A stretch of DNA of 64,000 nucleotides from a virus. Under the pieces are notes generated by a model, which was given only the letters and a program-made list of their open reading frames with translations, was not told the origin of the DNA and ran no database searches. This document shows, in pieces, positions 1 through 10,101 of this stretch. The position numbers were made by a program, and so were the translations under genes. The stretch lies in IMG/VR virus record IMGVR_UViG_3300027608_000014, positions 84,873 through 148,872 of that record; one strand, written 5' to 3'. Numbering within the stretch: the first letter of the stretch is position 1; each line of letters starts with the position of its first letter.

Positions 1-110
1 TCCTCAGTAAATGGTCCTTCAGCCGGAAGATTGCCCACTTTAAGGGACCAAAGATCCCAGTACCTGAGTGCAGAATAGGACACGCAGAATCCTTTAAGAT
101 AATAAAAGAG

Positions 111-527
111 TTGATAGATAAAAATTTTTGCAAGTTCAGGATTCTTGAGTTTGCTATCGCAGTGCTGAAGATTGAGCCTATCTACATCATCACAATACTC
201 AATAGGATGCGACCACAGACCCCCGCCTACATTTCTACCAGAAGGTATGAGATGCTTAAGCGGGAGGAAACCTTTCAGAGATTTTATCGAGAGGGGAGAA
301 GATATCACGCTATTGCACTATCAGAGGGGCGTATCAAGTCAGGCAGTGGAGATCGAGCCCTATTTGATCAGAAGTCAATGGATGGCCTCCTTCCTGGATT
401 TTTATCTAACTGCGTAAAGCTACTGAAATATCCGTATTACATAACTAACCTGATAATGGTGGACGGTCGATGGTTCATCGACATCTATCTCTCTTCAGGT
501 TCACCACAAATCACCGTCAAACTATAA
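111..527 (+). CDS. hypothetical protein (start uncertain)
   Basis: Open frame ending just before the next gene; no recognisable motif. Confidence 0.4.
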   Translation: MIDKNFCKFRILEFAIAVLKIEPIYIITILNRMRPQTPAYISTRRYEMLKREETFQRFYREGRRYHAIALSEGRIKSGSGDRALFDQKSMDGLLPGFLSNCVKLLKYPYYITNLIMVDGRWFIDIYLSSGSPQITVKL

Positions 528-535
528 ATATTCAA

Positions 536-1594
536 ATGAACGAACCCGTATTCTCATCATCCGTCTGCTCCGAAGCCTCAGCCTGGCCGTCTTGCCCGAA
601 CTGTAAAAGCAGGGAAGTTTTATCGCGTGGCCTGGTGCTAAAGTGTTTATCATGCACGCACTCTGGGCCGATTGTTTCAAAGTCCCCCGTTCTGCGTTTT
701 CTTAGGTCATACAATGCAGTTCGACCAACCATCCCATGCGCCATTCACTGTGGTCCTTTTCCACAGAGCGTTGATGACGAATTTGGAGACATCCTGATCG
801 AGAGATGCTCGGAGCTGTTTCACGAGCAACTTTTTGAGCGTGAGATCTTTAAGGCTAAAGAGCTGTTTCGTAAGAATGGTGACTTTCCAGCAGTGGCCCT
901 CACCGTTACCGTCCATGGCAGCCAGCCTAGCGTCCTCAAGCTGTCTCCACCGATCTGCGACTCCGTAGAGCAAGCGCGACTGCTTCTGGCGGACCAGGTA
1001 AAGGACATGAGTGCAGTGGCTGTGATCTTCAATCACAAATACTCTGGCAATATAGACTTCATGAGTGAAACTCAGAGCGATAATCAGGACAGCTTCCTGG
1101 TCGTCAACCTTCACTCTTATGGCAGTCGATCTATCGCTGGCTATGTATCGCCAGAATGTGACGGGCTCAAGTGGGACCACCTGAACGCTCCGAGGCAGAT
1201 CATCTGGCAACCCATTGACTGGGACATTATCAGTAGCGACGGAGTGTCCGAGGTCATTCGTTACGCCTCAGCTATCCTTGTGGATGGCGACGTTAGTCTG
1301 ACAATGGTGGTGGCAGAGAGCATGGATGGGGCTCCAGTAAGAGCTCAAATCAGCTTTCGAGATCCAGTCCAATGTACGACCACTGAGATCAAGAACATCA
1401 AGGCCGCAACTTCTGAAGATGCAATCCTTAAGATGAAGGGTAAGTACAAGGCCCTAATCGAACAGATTAAGACCTTGTCAGCCGACTCGATCGCTCTCTC
1501 CTTTGAAAAGGAGTGGGGACTCGAATGTAATCACTTCTCTATCATTCATCAGATCAAGGCGCTGGTCAGTAACAAAGGAGGAAAAATTGAGTAG
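536..1594 (+). CDS. hypothetical protein with N-terminal Zn-ribbon
   Basis: CPNC...CLSC motif; ATG 536 chosen over 470 to avoid overlap with the upstream ORF. Confidence 0.6.
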   Translation: MNEPVFSSSVCSEASAWPSCPNCKSREVLSRGLVLKCLSCTHSGPIVSKSPVLRFLRSYNAVRPTIPCAIHCGPFPQSVDDEFGDILIERCSELFHEQLFEREIFKAKELFRKNGDFPAVALTVTVHGSQPSVLKLSPPICDSVEQARLLLADQVKDMSAVAVIFNHKYSGNIDFMSETQSDNQDSFLVVNLHSYGSRSIAGYVSPECDGLKWDHLNAPRQIIWQPIDWDIISSDGVSEVIRYASAILVDGDVSLTMVVAESMDGAPVRAQISFRDPVQCTTTEIKNIKAATSEDAILKMKGKYKALIEQIKTLSADSIALSFEKEWGLECNHFSIIHQIKALVSNKGGKIE

Positions 1595-1601
1595 CCTAGT
1601 C

Positions 1602-3404
1602 CTACTCTTCTCCAATCAGCTCGGCCATTCCACGATTGACTGAGCTGTTTGGCGCCAATCCACACAGGCCAGGAAGATCTATATGGGCGGTGGCACACAT
1701 CACCAAGAGGGCATATCCAAGAGCATGCAGAAAGTCATCAGCTTTGGATGGAATGCGGGCGTAACGGCGAATCGTGCCATTGGGGGTATCAACTTCCTCA
1801 ATGGCAACCGCCATCAAATCCTTGCTGAACTCCTCAAACCAGGTTCCGGATGGAAATTTCAGTAGGCCGGTGACAATCAGAGTGTAGACGCAAAAGAGTA
1901 GAGTGGATCGATCCACAGTGAAGACATTGAATCTTCCGCTACTGTGACTAAAGAACTTCTTCTGAGCACCATAGAGAACAGAGGCACAGGGAACGCCAGT
2001 AGCTCCAGACAAAGTCTTGTTTTGGAGCGGGCCGACAAAAGCTCCGTCCGCACCCATACAAGATAGTTTTGATCCGCAGATTCTTTTCATCATTGCTGCC
2101 AGTGGCAGCGGTTGTTCCTCTGGTCTAAGTCCCAGCGGACGTACAGCTCCAAGGACGTGAAACTCTCCAGAACTATGTCTGCCAAGCGCAACACCAATCG
2201 TAAAACTGACGATTTCTGATCCGCCCCAGTCGGCTCCACCAGATGCATGAGTATACTCAGCCATATTTGGTGGATTCCCCTCAGAGTAAGGAAGGCTAGA
2301 TGCTCTTCGTAACTGATCGGGAGTTAGCGGCCTGGATCCACCCTCAGTACTTAGACCAAGAATCTCTTGATCAAAGCGCGATGGGCTCCAGGCACCAATA
2401 CCAGCAATGCGGGAGTAAATGTTTCTGTGGTAGGCCCTATAGTGCTCGGGCGTATCAACTCGAGCTCGATCGGAAATAAAAATCTGCGGAACGTGGAATC
2501 CCTGGAATGTACCCTCCCGCTCCGGATAGGCTGGCTCCCACCACCCATGGCCGACATCTAGAAGCTTGGGATTAGCATCAGTGGAGCATTTACTGCAGCC
2601 GATGCCCGCCCTCTGGATCATCTTCCTGGACTCCTCTGCCGTAGGAATATTATCATGGGAGCAATACTTGCACCTAACATGCCAGGTGTTCTGTGAGCTC
2701 TCCAGCCACAGCGTCTCGATGGTGTTCTCGATTCCACGAGCCGTTCCAGTGTAGGTTTCCCATCCGAACTCCACGTTCGCGCTCGAACACTGAAGCACCT
2801 GAGGAATCAGCTCGAAGTCCATATCTTGAACCTCGTCAAAGTAGGTAGCACAGATATTCGGGATTCCGAGAGCCTGACCAGCATTGGCGAAGCAGGACAC
2901 TCCATAGTAGTGTCCACCAGAGACATACGTCTTCTCACAGACGTTCTGAACGCAATGGCGATCGATGATGTTCCATGGAACAGCACAGCTACGAGCTAGT
3001 GGATCCAGATACGTATGGCTTAAACGCTGGGTGTAGAGACTCAAAGGAGAACAGTACAGAGCGTTGAAGTCCTGACGATAAATCATGTTCATCAGAATAC
3101 TAGCGGCAACCGACAAGCTCTTACCAAGCTGTCTGGCGCAGCGATAGACACAACGCTCTGCAGTTCTCGTTCTGCTGAACATGGGCCTGAACATCGGCCT
3201 TCGATGTTTGACATCCAGAGGCTCGCGCCCTAAACGCAAGGTCATAGGCAGAAGATCGTCAAACGGCAGGACGCCAATAAGATAGGCCATCTCCTCCTTA
3301 GAGATGTTTCCTCCTGACAGTTTCCGCTTAATTATTTCTGCAACTCTTGTGTCTATGCCCTCGAGACCCGGTATTTCCTGAATCATTAGTAGACCATAGC
3401 CCAC
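1602..3404 (-). CDS. terL: terminase large subunit
   Basis: Walker A-like CARQLGKS, Walker B YFDEVQD, coupling motif TGT, CxxC/CxxC Zn module, nuclease GADWGG and C-terminal DDFLHALGY. Confidence 0.88.
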   Translation of the reverse strand: MGYGLLMIQEIPGLEGIDTRVAEIIKRKLSGGNISKEEMAYLIGVLPFDDLLPMTLRLGREPLDVKHRRPMFRPMFSRTRTAERCVYRCARQLGKSLSVAASILMNMIYRQDFNALYCSPLSLYTQRLSHTYLDPLARSCAVPWNIIDRHCVQNVCEKTYVSGGHYYGVSCFANAGQALGIPNICATYFDEVQDMDFELIPQVLQCSSANVEFGWETYTGTARGIENTIETLWLESSQNTWHVRCKYCSHDNIPTAEESRKMIQRAGIGCSKCSTDANPKLLDVGHGWWEPAYPEREGTFQGFHVPQIFISDRARVDTPEHYRAYHRNIYSRIAGIGAWSPSRFDQEILGLSTEGGSRPLTPDQLRRASSLPYSEGNPPNMAEYTHASGGADWGGSEIVSFTIGVALGRHSSGEFHVLGAVRPLGLRPEEQPLPLAAMMKRICGSKLSCMGADGAFVGPLQNKTLSGATGVPCASVLYGAQKKFFSHSSGRFNVFTVDRSTLLFCVYTLIVTGLLKFPSGTWFEEFSKDLMAVAIEEVDTPNGTIRRYARIPSKADDFLHALGYALLVMCATAHIDLPGLCGLAPNSSVNRGMAELIGEE

Positions 3405-3445
3405 CGCTTACAAATCAACAAACCTTTTATAGAACTAGAACAAAC

Positions 3446-3781
3446 ATGAAGACTAACATCACGAATATCTCCGAAGGCGGGGACTTTGAAGTAATCAGTG
3501 GGGAACACCTCATCTGCACCTGCGGAACGAAAGAGAGTGCTCAGTGCATCAAGGACGCCATCGAGGCGCTGGAGTCTGTCTCCCGCGACTGTCAGATGGC
3601 CCTGAATGGCGATTGGGACAGGGGCGACGATGGCTTTGAGGCCACGCTGCAAAACGTCAATCTGGCCCTGCTGGGGCTCGGTGTGACTCCGCCGGTCGAA
3701 GAGAAGCAGGCAGACTTTCGTGGCGAACTGATCAAGGAGTTCAAGGCTCGCTTTGTCAAGATCGATCCCAAAGGGTCCTGA
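3446..3781 (+). CDS. hypothetical protein
   Basis: ORF after A-rich leader, divergent from terL. Confidence 0.55.
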   Translation: MKTNITNISEGGDFEVISGEHLICTCGTKESAQCIKDAIEALESVSRDCQMALNGDWDRGDDGFEATLQNVNLALLGLGVTPPVEEKQADFRGELIKEFKARFVKIDPKGS

Positions 3782-3894
3782 CCCTAGAATCAGCCAATTT
3801 CGTTTCGTCGCCGAAACAGAAACCCAATAGCGCTGGGCAGGAACCAACATTGTTTGCAAAGCAAACTTACCCTGGAAGTCGCCAACAGAACATT

Positions 3895-4092
3895 ATGTCT
3901 AGGATCCAAATTCCCGTCGAAAAGTTTCGCAACCGCGAAGAATGTATTCGGTCCCTTATGGGGGCAGGAGAAATCATCAACGACGCATTACTTATGCCGG
4001 TGAGAATGTCTAGGGAGGCTGCTGCTCGCAAGAGCCAGCCCTCCTATATCGAAAACCTACGCAGCGGAGCAAAAGCCGATTGCTTTCTGTAG
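3895..4092 (+). CDS. hypothetical protein
   Basis: Short ORF followed by a strong hairpin. Confidence 0.45.
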   Translation: MSRIQIPVEKFRNREECIRSLMGAGEIINDALLMPVRMSREAAARKSQPSYIENLRSGAKADCFL

Positions 4093-4112
4093 GTTTTCAT
4101 TGAGAACCAACG

Positions 4113-4140
4113 TCCCTGCTCAGCTCCGGCTGGGCAGGGA
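4113..4140 (+). terminator. GC-rich hairpin, possible terminator or processing stem
   Basis: TCCCTGCTCAGC-TCCG-GCTGGGCAGGGA; only a weak U tract follows. Confidence 0.5.
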
Positions 4141-4317
4141 TTCCCATTTCACAAAAAACTGATAAGATATATTAATGTCCACAACGAACAGAAAATCAGC
4201 TCGCAAGTACAAGTCTCAAAAGGCTGGTATCCCAGAGAAACCCCTCTCACGATTCCAGCCTGGCGCTGGTAAGCATCTCAAGGCCAAACAAACTGCTAAA
4301 CAAAAAGCTGAACAATC

Positions 4318-4542
4318 ATGAATACCCTAATTCAAGTCGGAATAGCCATAGCCCTGGTCATTACGTACTTTCACCAAAAAGTCCTGGAGTCCAAGATCAA
4401 AGCCAGAAATAGGCCATCTCCTACAAAGGTTCGTCTTGAGAGACAAGAAAGGCCTGTAATTGATCTCGTTGCTATCGGCGAAGGCGATCGATATGGTAGC
4501 TATGAGGGTCGTCCCCAGAGGGCCACTCGCTATGAGCATTGA
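4318..4542 (+). CDS. small membrane-anchored protein
   Basis: N-terminal hydrophobic helix. Confidence 0.5.
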   Translation: MNTLIQVGIAIALVITYFHQKVLESKIKARNRPSPTKVRLERQERPVIDLVAIGEGDRYGSYEGRPQRATRYEH

Positions 4543-4625
4543 TGCATCTTCACTATTTTTATTGTGCGAGCTAGCGCTCACTGTATTTTTGATTGATAGA
4601 CATCTAGATCAAATGAAAGTTATCT

Positions 4626-4844
4626 ATGAAAACTGACGGAGCTCTACCGATCGCCTTAGGACTGGGTCTGCTTATGGCCTATTTAGACGGTAAGGGCAAC
4701 TCTGCCCTGCTCTGGATCATTTTGATGTTTGTTGGCACTCCAGCGTTTTACACGCTAGTCGTTTCTCGATCGTCTATAAGTGAGGTCGCAAAATGGTTGC
4801 TGACAGCAGCTTACATCTTTGGAGTGACTGCGCTTTTCATCTAA
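4626..4844 (+). CDS. small multi-pass membrane protein
   Basis: Three hydrophobic segments. Confidence 0.5.
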   Translation: MKTDGALPIALGLGLLMAYLDGKGNSALLWIILMFVGTPAFYTLVVSRSSISEVAKWLLTAAYIFGVTALFI

Positions 4845-4957
4845 CATGACATTGCAAATATATGGATGAATCAGAATCTAAAGGATCACCTTCATTGCCA
4901 GAGTCATCACCCGCACAGGCAGAGTGGTCAGAGAAATTGACGAGATAGAAGTTTTTT

Positions 4958-5278
4958 ATGATTATTAATCAAATAGCCTGGATCTTTTTTTTCCTAATCG
5001 TGGCACCACTAGGCGCCGCCACCATGGCAAAGATAATTGTTGAAGAAGAGATCTTCTCTCACCCAAGAGCCTGGATTGAGGCGTATTGCTGGCCAATGTT
5101 CTCTTACATGGTCAATTGCGAAAGGTGCATTGTGCACTGGACTATGGCCTTAATTACATTGCTAGGGTACAGTGCCTGGGATAAGATCACCTTCTGCGAC
5201 AGTTGGGTGGCGGCATTGATTTGCTGGGCTGCGGCGACACGCCTGGCTATACGATTCTGGCTTCGTAATGATACATGA
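4958..5278 (+). CDS. membrane protein, DUF1360-like
   Basis: Hydrophobic helices, IFSHPRAW and CERCIVHW (CxxCxxxW) motifs. Confidence 0.55.
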   Translation: MIINQIAWIFFFLIVAPLGAATMAKIIVEEEIFSHPRAWIEAYCWPMFSYMVNCERCIVHWTMALITLLGYSAWDKITFCDSWVAALICWAAATRLAIRFWLRNDT

Positions 5279-5775
5279 TCTCAATCACAGAAATTCAAGA
5301 GCATCGCGGAGTAACCGTGTTAGAAAGCGAGCCAGGGGAGTTTCACTTCTCTGTTCAGGCTCATGGTATCAGTGGCGGCCTGGCAACTACTATTCCACTA
5401 GATGTTGTCTGTCCAGTAGTTGGCCAAAACCTGCTTCTCCTTAGGGCAACAATAACGCCGCCTGATGGAGTTGCCTGTCCAGATTCTTGGACGACAAACA
5501 GCATTGAGTCCACCATCCAGAGTGCTATCAATACATTTAGAAGAATTCAAAAATGTAAAGATGATGAAGAGGCAAAAAGGACAAAGAAGGCTAGTAAGAT
5601 AGATAGAGAAGTTCGTTTTCGCATGGCCTTATCTCAGGCGGTCAGCGAATGGATGAGCGCAAGTGAGTATTTTACCCTGTCAGAATATCTGGCTATCTGC
5701 GGCGAGGTATTTTCGTCCGCTACCCAAAATGTCAACAATCATCGAACCAACGAGTCCAGCGACCCCAGCTCCTAA
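5275..5775 (+). CDS. hypothetical protein
   Basis: ATGA overlap with the upstream gene. Confidence 0.55.
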   Translation: MISITEIQEHRGVTVLESEPGEFHFSVQAHGISGGLATTIPLDVVCPVVGQNLLLLRATITPPDGVACPDSWTTNSIESTIQSAINTFRRIQKCKDDEEAKRTKKASKIDREVRFRMALSQAVSEWMSASEYFTLSEYLAICGEVFSSATQNVNNHRTNESSDPSS

Positions 5776-6079
5776 TCGGGAATCAGTAGAAGTTTTACAG
5801 CAACAGTTAGCAACTCTTATTGGTCCAATTGCGGACCAGTTCATCGACAGCGGTGAGGCCCTCCTTATTGGTGTCGTATGTATTTCAGCTAACGGAGGTA
5901 GACGATCCATCCTCTACGTTCCAGGGGTCAATGAGGATATGACCATGGAACAGAAAGTTATTGCGGAAGAAGGCAGGGCCGTTGGACAGTTCCAAGCGGC
6001 TATTCAGTTTGGTAAATTACACGCAGCGCTTAGTGACGTCACAAATCAAGCACTTCGGACCTCTGTCCGACCAAGATAA
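5729..6079 (+). CDS. hypothetical protein
   Basis: ORF ending 2 nt before the AAA gene. Confidence 0.55.
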   Translation: MSTIIEPTSPATPAPNRESVEVLQQQLATLIGPIADQFIDSGEALLIGVVCISANGGRRSILYVPGVNEDMTMEQKVIAEEGRAVGQFQAAIQFGKLHAALSDVTNQALRTSVRPR

Positions 6080-6081
6080 CA

Positions 6082-7863
6082 ATGAAGCCAAAAACAAAAG
6101 TAGAAAGTAAATCGATTCTGTTGCCGCTAGCTTTGTCTAGTACTCCGCTTGTCTGGGTAGTAACTACAGAGGAATACAGAATGCTTAAGAAAGAACAGAG
6201 CGCTCTTCTTAATCAAAAGGCGGCGACGCAGGTGTTTCGCTACGATGCACTAGATGTCCTCAAGGAGGCTCTGATTACAAAGTCTGACGGGACCACGGAG
6301 GGTGGAAGATCTGCTCAGTTCGGTCACTGTCTTGAGGCGATCAACTGGTTCTCTAGACGTAATCCAGAGCCGGACACCCCTGAAGCGATGAGCAGCCTAA
6401 CCGCTCAATTTGGCAGCAATGCCAATTACGCACCTGCAGGTTCGGTCCTAGTTTTGTTTGATGTTCCAGCCAGGATTGAACATAAGAACGGTAGTAAGTG
6501 GACTGACGCTCTGATTAACCGCACAATCAAAAACGCTGTCGGCGATCTGATTGATGAGCAGAAGATGATTGTTCTAGTGTCTCACACGCTGGATGTTCCG
6601 CAAGAGCTGGAGCACATCGCTGTGGTGGTTGAGCACTCACTGCCTACCTATGAAGAACTATCGAACCTGGTGAGAAAAGCCTGGAAGTATCTAGGTGATG
6701 AAAATGAGGATGGAAGTAGAGAGCCAATGCCTGCAATCAGTGACGAGGATCTGGAGCTTACGGTCAACCTGATCTCTGGCATGAGAGAGTGGGAGGCTGA
6801 TAATATCTTGGCTCGCTCGGTCTATACCAATAAGACGAACCTCCGAAAGGATCCAACTATCCCCAAGATGTTTGACATTCCTACTATTCGTAAGGAAAAG
6901 GTTAAGTCGATTCGCAAAAACTCTTCTCTTGAGATTATTGAACCTCCGGGCTCTCTGGATCAAGTAGGTGGACTTGCTGAAATTAAGGCCTGGGCTGAAG
7001 AAGCCAAAGACCTATTTGGCAAAGCAGCAGCGGGTGACGGAATCAAATGTCCCAAAGGTATTGTTCTCTTTGGCCCCGGTGGAACAGGCAAGACCTACAC
7101 TATCTCCTGCCTTGGCAGTTTTCTTCAGCGCACAGTTCTGCGCTGGGATGTCGGTGCTAGTAAGGGTCGATATGTTGGTCAGACTGAGGAGCAGACCAGA
7201 AACGTCTTTAGGGACGCTAAGGCTCAGGCTCCCTGCATTCTGTTCATCGATGAGGCTGGTAAGCTCTTTGCTGACGCTAAGGGTGCCGGATCTGGTCTGG
7301 ACGGTGGCGTGAACCAAGGGATGTACGCATCTCTACTTACGTTCATGCAGGAAAACGATGGAGGAGTCTTGATTGCAATGGCTTGTAATGAAGACATCAT
7401 GAACTTCCCCGCACCCGCTCTCAGAGGTGGCCGCATTGACAATGTCTTCTTCGTCGATCTTCCCACACAGGAAGAGGTAAAGGATATCCTTAGAATCCAC
7501 ATTAAGAAAAGAGGATGGGACCCAGCGAGCCCAGAAATCGACATCGAGAAAGTGGCAACCTCACTGGCTGAGTATACTCCGTCTGAGATTGAACTGGTAA
7601 TCAATAAGGCTCTGATCCACAAGTTTAAGACTAGTGGTCCACGCCCTGCTGAGCTAAAGACTGAGAATCTGCTGGTTGCTATCTCAAAGGTGATTCCGAT
7701 GACTCGAACTAATAAGCTTGAAGTTGATTCACTTAGGGCTTGGGCGGTAGAGCGCGGGTATACAGTCGGTACGGCACAGCCCAAAGCAATAGTACGTAAA
7801 GCAGCCGGTCGAAGGATTGGCAGCTCTCTCTCGGCAATTGCCGATGAATCAGACGAGATGTGA
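6082..7863 (+). CDS. Ycf46-like AAA+ ATPase
   Basis: QVGGLAEIKAW, Walker A GPGGTGKT, Walker B ILFIDE, SRH LRGGRIDNVFFVDLP, degenerate N-terminal AAA domain, C-terminal LRAWA. Confidence 0.88.
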   Translation: MKPKTKVESKSILLPLALSSTPLVWVVTTEEYRMLKKEQSALLNQKAATQVFRYDALDVLKEALITKSDGTTEGGRSAQFGHCLEAINWFSRRNPEPDTPEAMSSLTAQFGSNANYAPAGSVLVLFDVPARIEHKNGSKWTDALINRTIKNAVGDLIDEQKMIVLVSHTLDVPQELEHIAVVVEHSLPTYEELSNLVRKAWKYLGDENEDGSREPMPAISDEDLELTVNLISGMREWEADNILARSVYTNKTNLRKDPTIPKMFDIPTIRKEKVKSIRKNSSLEIIEPPGSLDQVGGLAEIKAWAEEAKDLFGKAAAGDGIKCPKGIVLFGPGGTGKTYTISCLGSFLQRTVLRWDVGASKGRYVGQTEEQTRNVFRDAKAQAPCILFIDEAGKLFADAKGAGSGLDGGVNQGMYASLLTFMQENDGGVLIAMACNEDIMNFPAPALRGGRIDNVFFVDLPTQEEVKDILRIHIKKRGWDPASPEIDIEKVATSLAEYTPSEIELVINKALIHKFKTSGPRPAELKTENLLVAISKVIPMTRTNKLEVDSLRAWAVERGYTVGTAQPKAIVRKAAGRRIGSSLSAIADESDEM

Positions 7864-7952
7864 TATTAAACTTGTCTTGAAAGTTCTTTGCGCAATATAG
7901 CGCATGTCAGAGTTAGTATTTTTATCAGTTCAAGAAAAAAAAATACAACACA

Positions 7953-8351
7953 ATGTCACACCTTGTTCGTCAAGTAAACCAAGCGGGAGTTGAAATCAAA
8001 TCCCTAGACCTTTTGTCCTCTGCCTGCAAGAAGCTTGGCATGACTCTTCACCAGGATCGTAAGGTTGCTCACTACTATGGATCTTCCTCAGCCGCCTGTG
8101 ATGCGGTGATTGAGATCCCAGGCTGCAAGTCTGAGATCGCAGTCAAGAAGAATGCCGATGGCACCTATGGTGTTGAGGCTGATCATTATTATGCCGAAGT
8201 AACAAAAGCACTAGGTAAAAATAGCGACAGTCTTTTTCAAAGATATCGCGCAGAAGAGCTGATCAAGCAGGCTCGATACGATCGCTGGAGCGTCGAGTCT
8301 GAGACCTTTAATCCCCAGACTCAGGAACTGGAAATCCGCTTTAAGCGCTAA
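7953..8351 (+). CDS. DUF1257 (Ycf35-like) protein
   Basis: MSH start, LSSACKKLG, DGTY...D, QRY pattern; usual neighbour of Ycf46-like AAA. Confidence 0.7.
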   Translation: MSHLVRQVNQAGVEIKSLDLLSSACKKLGMTLHQDRKVAHYYGSSSAACDAVIEIPGCKSEIAVKKNADGTYGVEADHYYAEVTKALGKNSDSLFQRYRAEELIKQARYDRWSVESETFNPQTQELEIRFKR

Positions 8352-8447
8352 TGGTCTGGGGCTGGGTGAGTCCATCCAGCCCCATGATCGTGCTTAGGTC
8401 ATCGAAAATTACCAAAGAAGTTTCATCTCAATCATCAATAAAATAAT

Positions 8448-8651
8448 ATGTCAGAAGAATCCATTACTATTACCCTGGGCCCTGGAGCCCGTAGCAGCAA
8501 GTCCGAAACTAAAGGCTTTTTCGGAGGCGCCTGTAAGACGGCCCTAGCCGCATTCAGCCGACTCTTGGGCACTGTAGAATCTAGCAAGAACACTGCTGAG
8601 TTCTACCAGGAAGAAGCCTGCCAGCGCCAGGAGCAGCTAGCTGGTAAATAG
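8448..8651 (+). CDS. DUF2997 protein
   Basis: TKGFFGGAC...LG...TAEFYQ pattern; context. Confidence 0.7.
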   Translation: MSEESITITLGPGARSSKSETKGFFGGACKTALAAFSRLLGTVESSKNTAEFYQEEACQRQEQLAGK

Positions 8652-8671
8652 TCTAGGTCACTAACTACTTG

Positions 8672-8709
8672 GGGCTTGGGAGCATTGCTGCTCCCAAGCC
8701 CTTTTTTTT
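8672..8709 (+). terminator. rho-independent terminator
   Basis: GGGCTTGGGAGCA-TTGC-TGCTCCCAAGCCC followed by T8. Confidence 0.8.
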
Positions 8710-8883
8710 ATGCAAGTCATACACCGAACTTACAACACCTCACAAGAGGCCAAAGCATTTTTAGACGGCATTGAGTTTGTCAACGACTCCAGTGTCATGG
8801 CCTGGATCAGCAATGTCGACAATTGCGTTGTCGTCATCGCAGACGAGGACGACAGAGATGACGAGCCTGCCAGTGAAAATTAA
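8710..8883 (+). CDS. small acidic hypothetical protein (57 aa)
   Basis: MQVIHRTYNTSQEAKAFLDGIEFVND...; below the ORF-track cutoff. Confidence 0.45.
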   Translation: MQVIHRTYNTSQEAKAFLDGIEFVNDSSVMAWISNVDNCVVVIADEDDRDDEPASEN

Positions 8884-8912
8884 TTTAGCGCCTTCAAAGA
8901 ATAAACATTATC

Positions 8913-9191
8913 ATGACAAATCAAGAAGAAACATTCACCACATTTGTGTCCACAACAGGGGACCTTGCATATCTTCACAAGGAAGCTTTTGACATGGAGG
9001 GCTTTGGGCCAAAGATCGTCACTAGAGCCAGTGAGGTTGAGTTTGATGGCCCCAGCCAAGAGTGGTTTGCCAGGCTCAACGACGGCAAAGAGATTGCTCG
9101 GGATAAATCACGGGACGTAGTTCTTGCTAAAGAGCGGGAGATCATCGACATGATGCTTGCTCATGGAGAGATCATTCCCGGTGTCGACTAA
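8913..9191 (+). CDS. hypothetical protein typical of Ycf46/DUF1257 modules
   Basis: RASEVEFD...W...SRDVVLAKE pattern; context. Confidence 0.6.
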   Translation: MTNQEETFTTFVSTTGDLAYLHKEAFDMEGFGPKIVTRASEVEFDGPSQEWFARLNDGKEIARDKSRDVVLAKEREIIDMMLAHGEIIPGVD

Positions 9192-10101
9192 ATCCAAAGT
9201 TAAGTCTGTGGATCCAACTAAGCCCAAACGCTTTGGACCTTCAGATTACAAATCAGTCATCAGGTCTTGGCTAAAACATGAATACCTCTGCGCCAGGACT
9301 AGGCCCTGTAATGGCTTGGATGGAATAAGGATTAATAACGGCAGAATGTTCTATAAAGAAAATACTATTTTTTCCTACACTGACTTCTGGCCCATTGCTC
9401 GCATTATCAATAAGCACACCGTACTTATAGTAGACGGTGACATACACAATCGAGTCCTAACCCCGATGACTAAGTATCATCTGCGTATGGTCATAGATCA
9501 CTGCAAGGCTGCAAAGAAAAGAATCCTTTATGCTCCCTACCCAGTCGCTAGTCATGGTACCAACGTTGATTGTATGGTTTCCTACATCAACTCAGCCATT
9601 AATCGCCTGAGGGTCCAAAAGGAGCACCGCTCGAACAGGGTGACATTTGAAGACCAGGTTACAATGTACGATTCTTGTGCAGGTGATAGGCAGACATATG
9701 TGACAAGAAAAAGTGATCTGTCACGGCTTACAGGGCACATTACAAATCTCTATGCTTATGTAAAATACTTTAAGCTTCGTAAGTCACATGCCGCTCTGCT
9801 GTTGAATCTAATGGATAAACATCAAACTCCAAAGGAAATGGCGCAGAAGAACCTTAGGTCCATTGTCTGCCAGAGATTAAATAATATAGCCGACAGAAGA
9901 GAGCGACTGAGGATTGCAAAAAACACAAAGGCTAAGCAAAAAAGGAAAAGACAAAAGTGGATCAATGAAAAGAAGTTCTATAAGGAGCAGAACTGGCGAA
10001 TAAGAAAAATCAGTGAGCCCGAGGACACTGCGGAAGATCTTTGCGACCAACCTACAAGATTGGTTACACTCAACAGGAGGCCTAAAAACCTATACACATA
10101 A
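9157..10101 (+). CDS. basic hypothetical protein (start uncertain)
   Basis: 314-aa ORF whose stop overlaps the next ATG (TAATG). Confidence 0.6.
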   Translation: MLMERSFPVSTKSKVKSVDPTKPKRFGPSDYKSVIRSWLKHEYLCARTRPCNGLDGIRINNGRMFYKENTIFSYTDFWPIARIINKHTVLIVDGDIHNRVLTPMTKYHLRMVIDHCKAAKKRILYAPYPVASHGTNVDCMVSYINSAINRLRVQKEHRSNRVTFEDQVTMYDSCAGDRQTYVTRKSDLSRLTGHITNLYAYVKYFKLRKSHAALLLNLMDKHQTPKEMAQKNLRSIVCQRLNNIADRRERLRIAKNTKAKQKRKRQKWINEKKFYKEQNWRIRKISEPEDTAEDLCDQPTRLVTLNRRPKNLYT

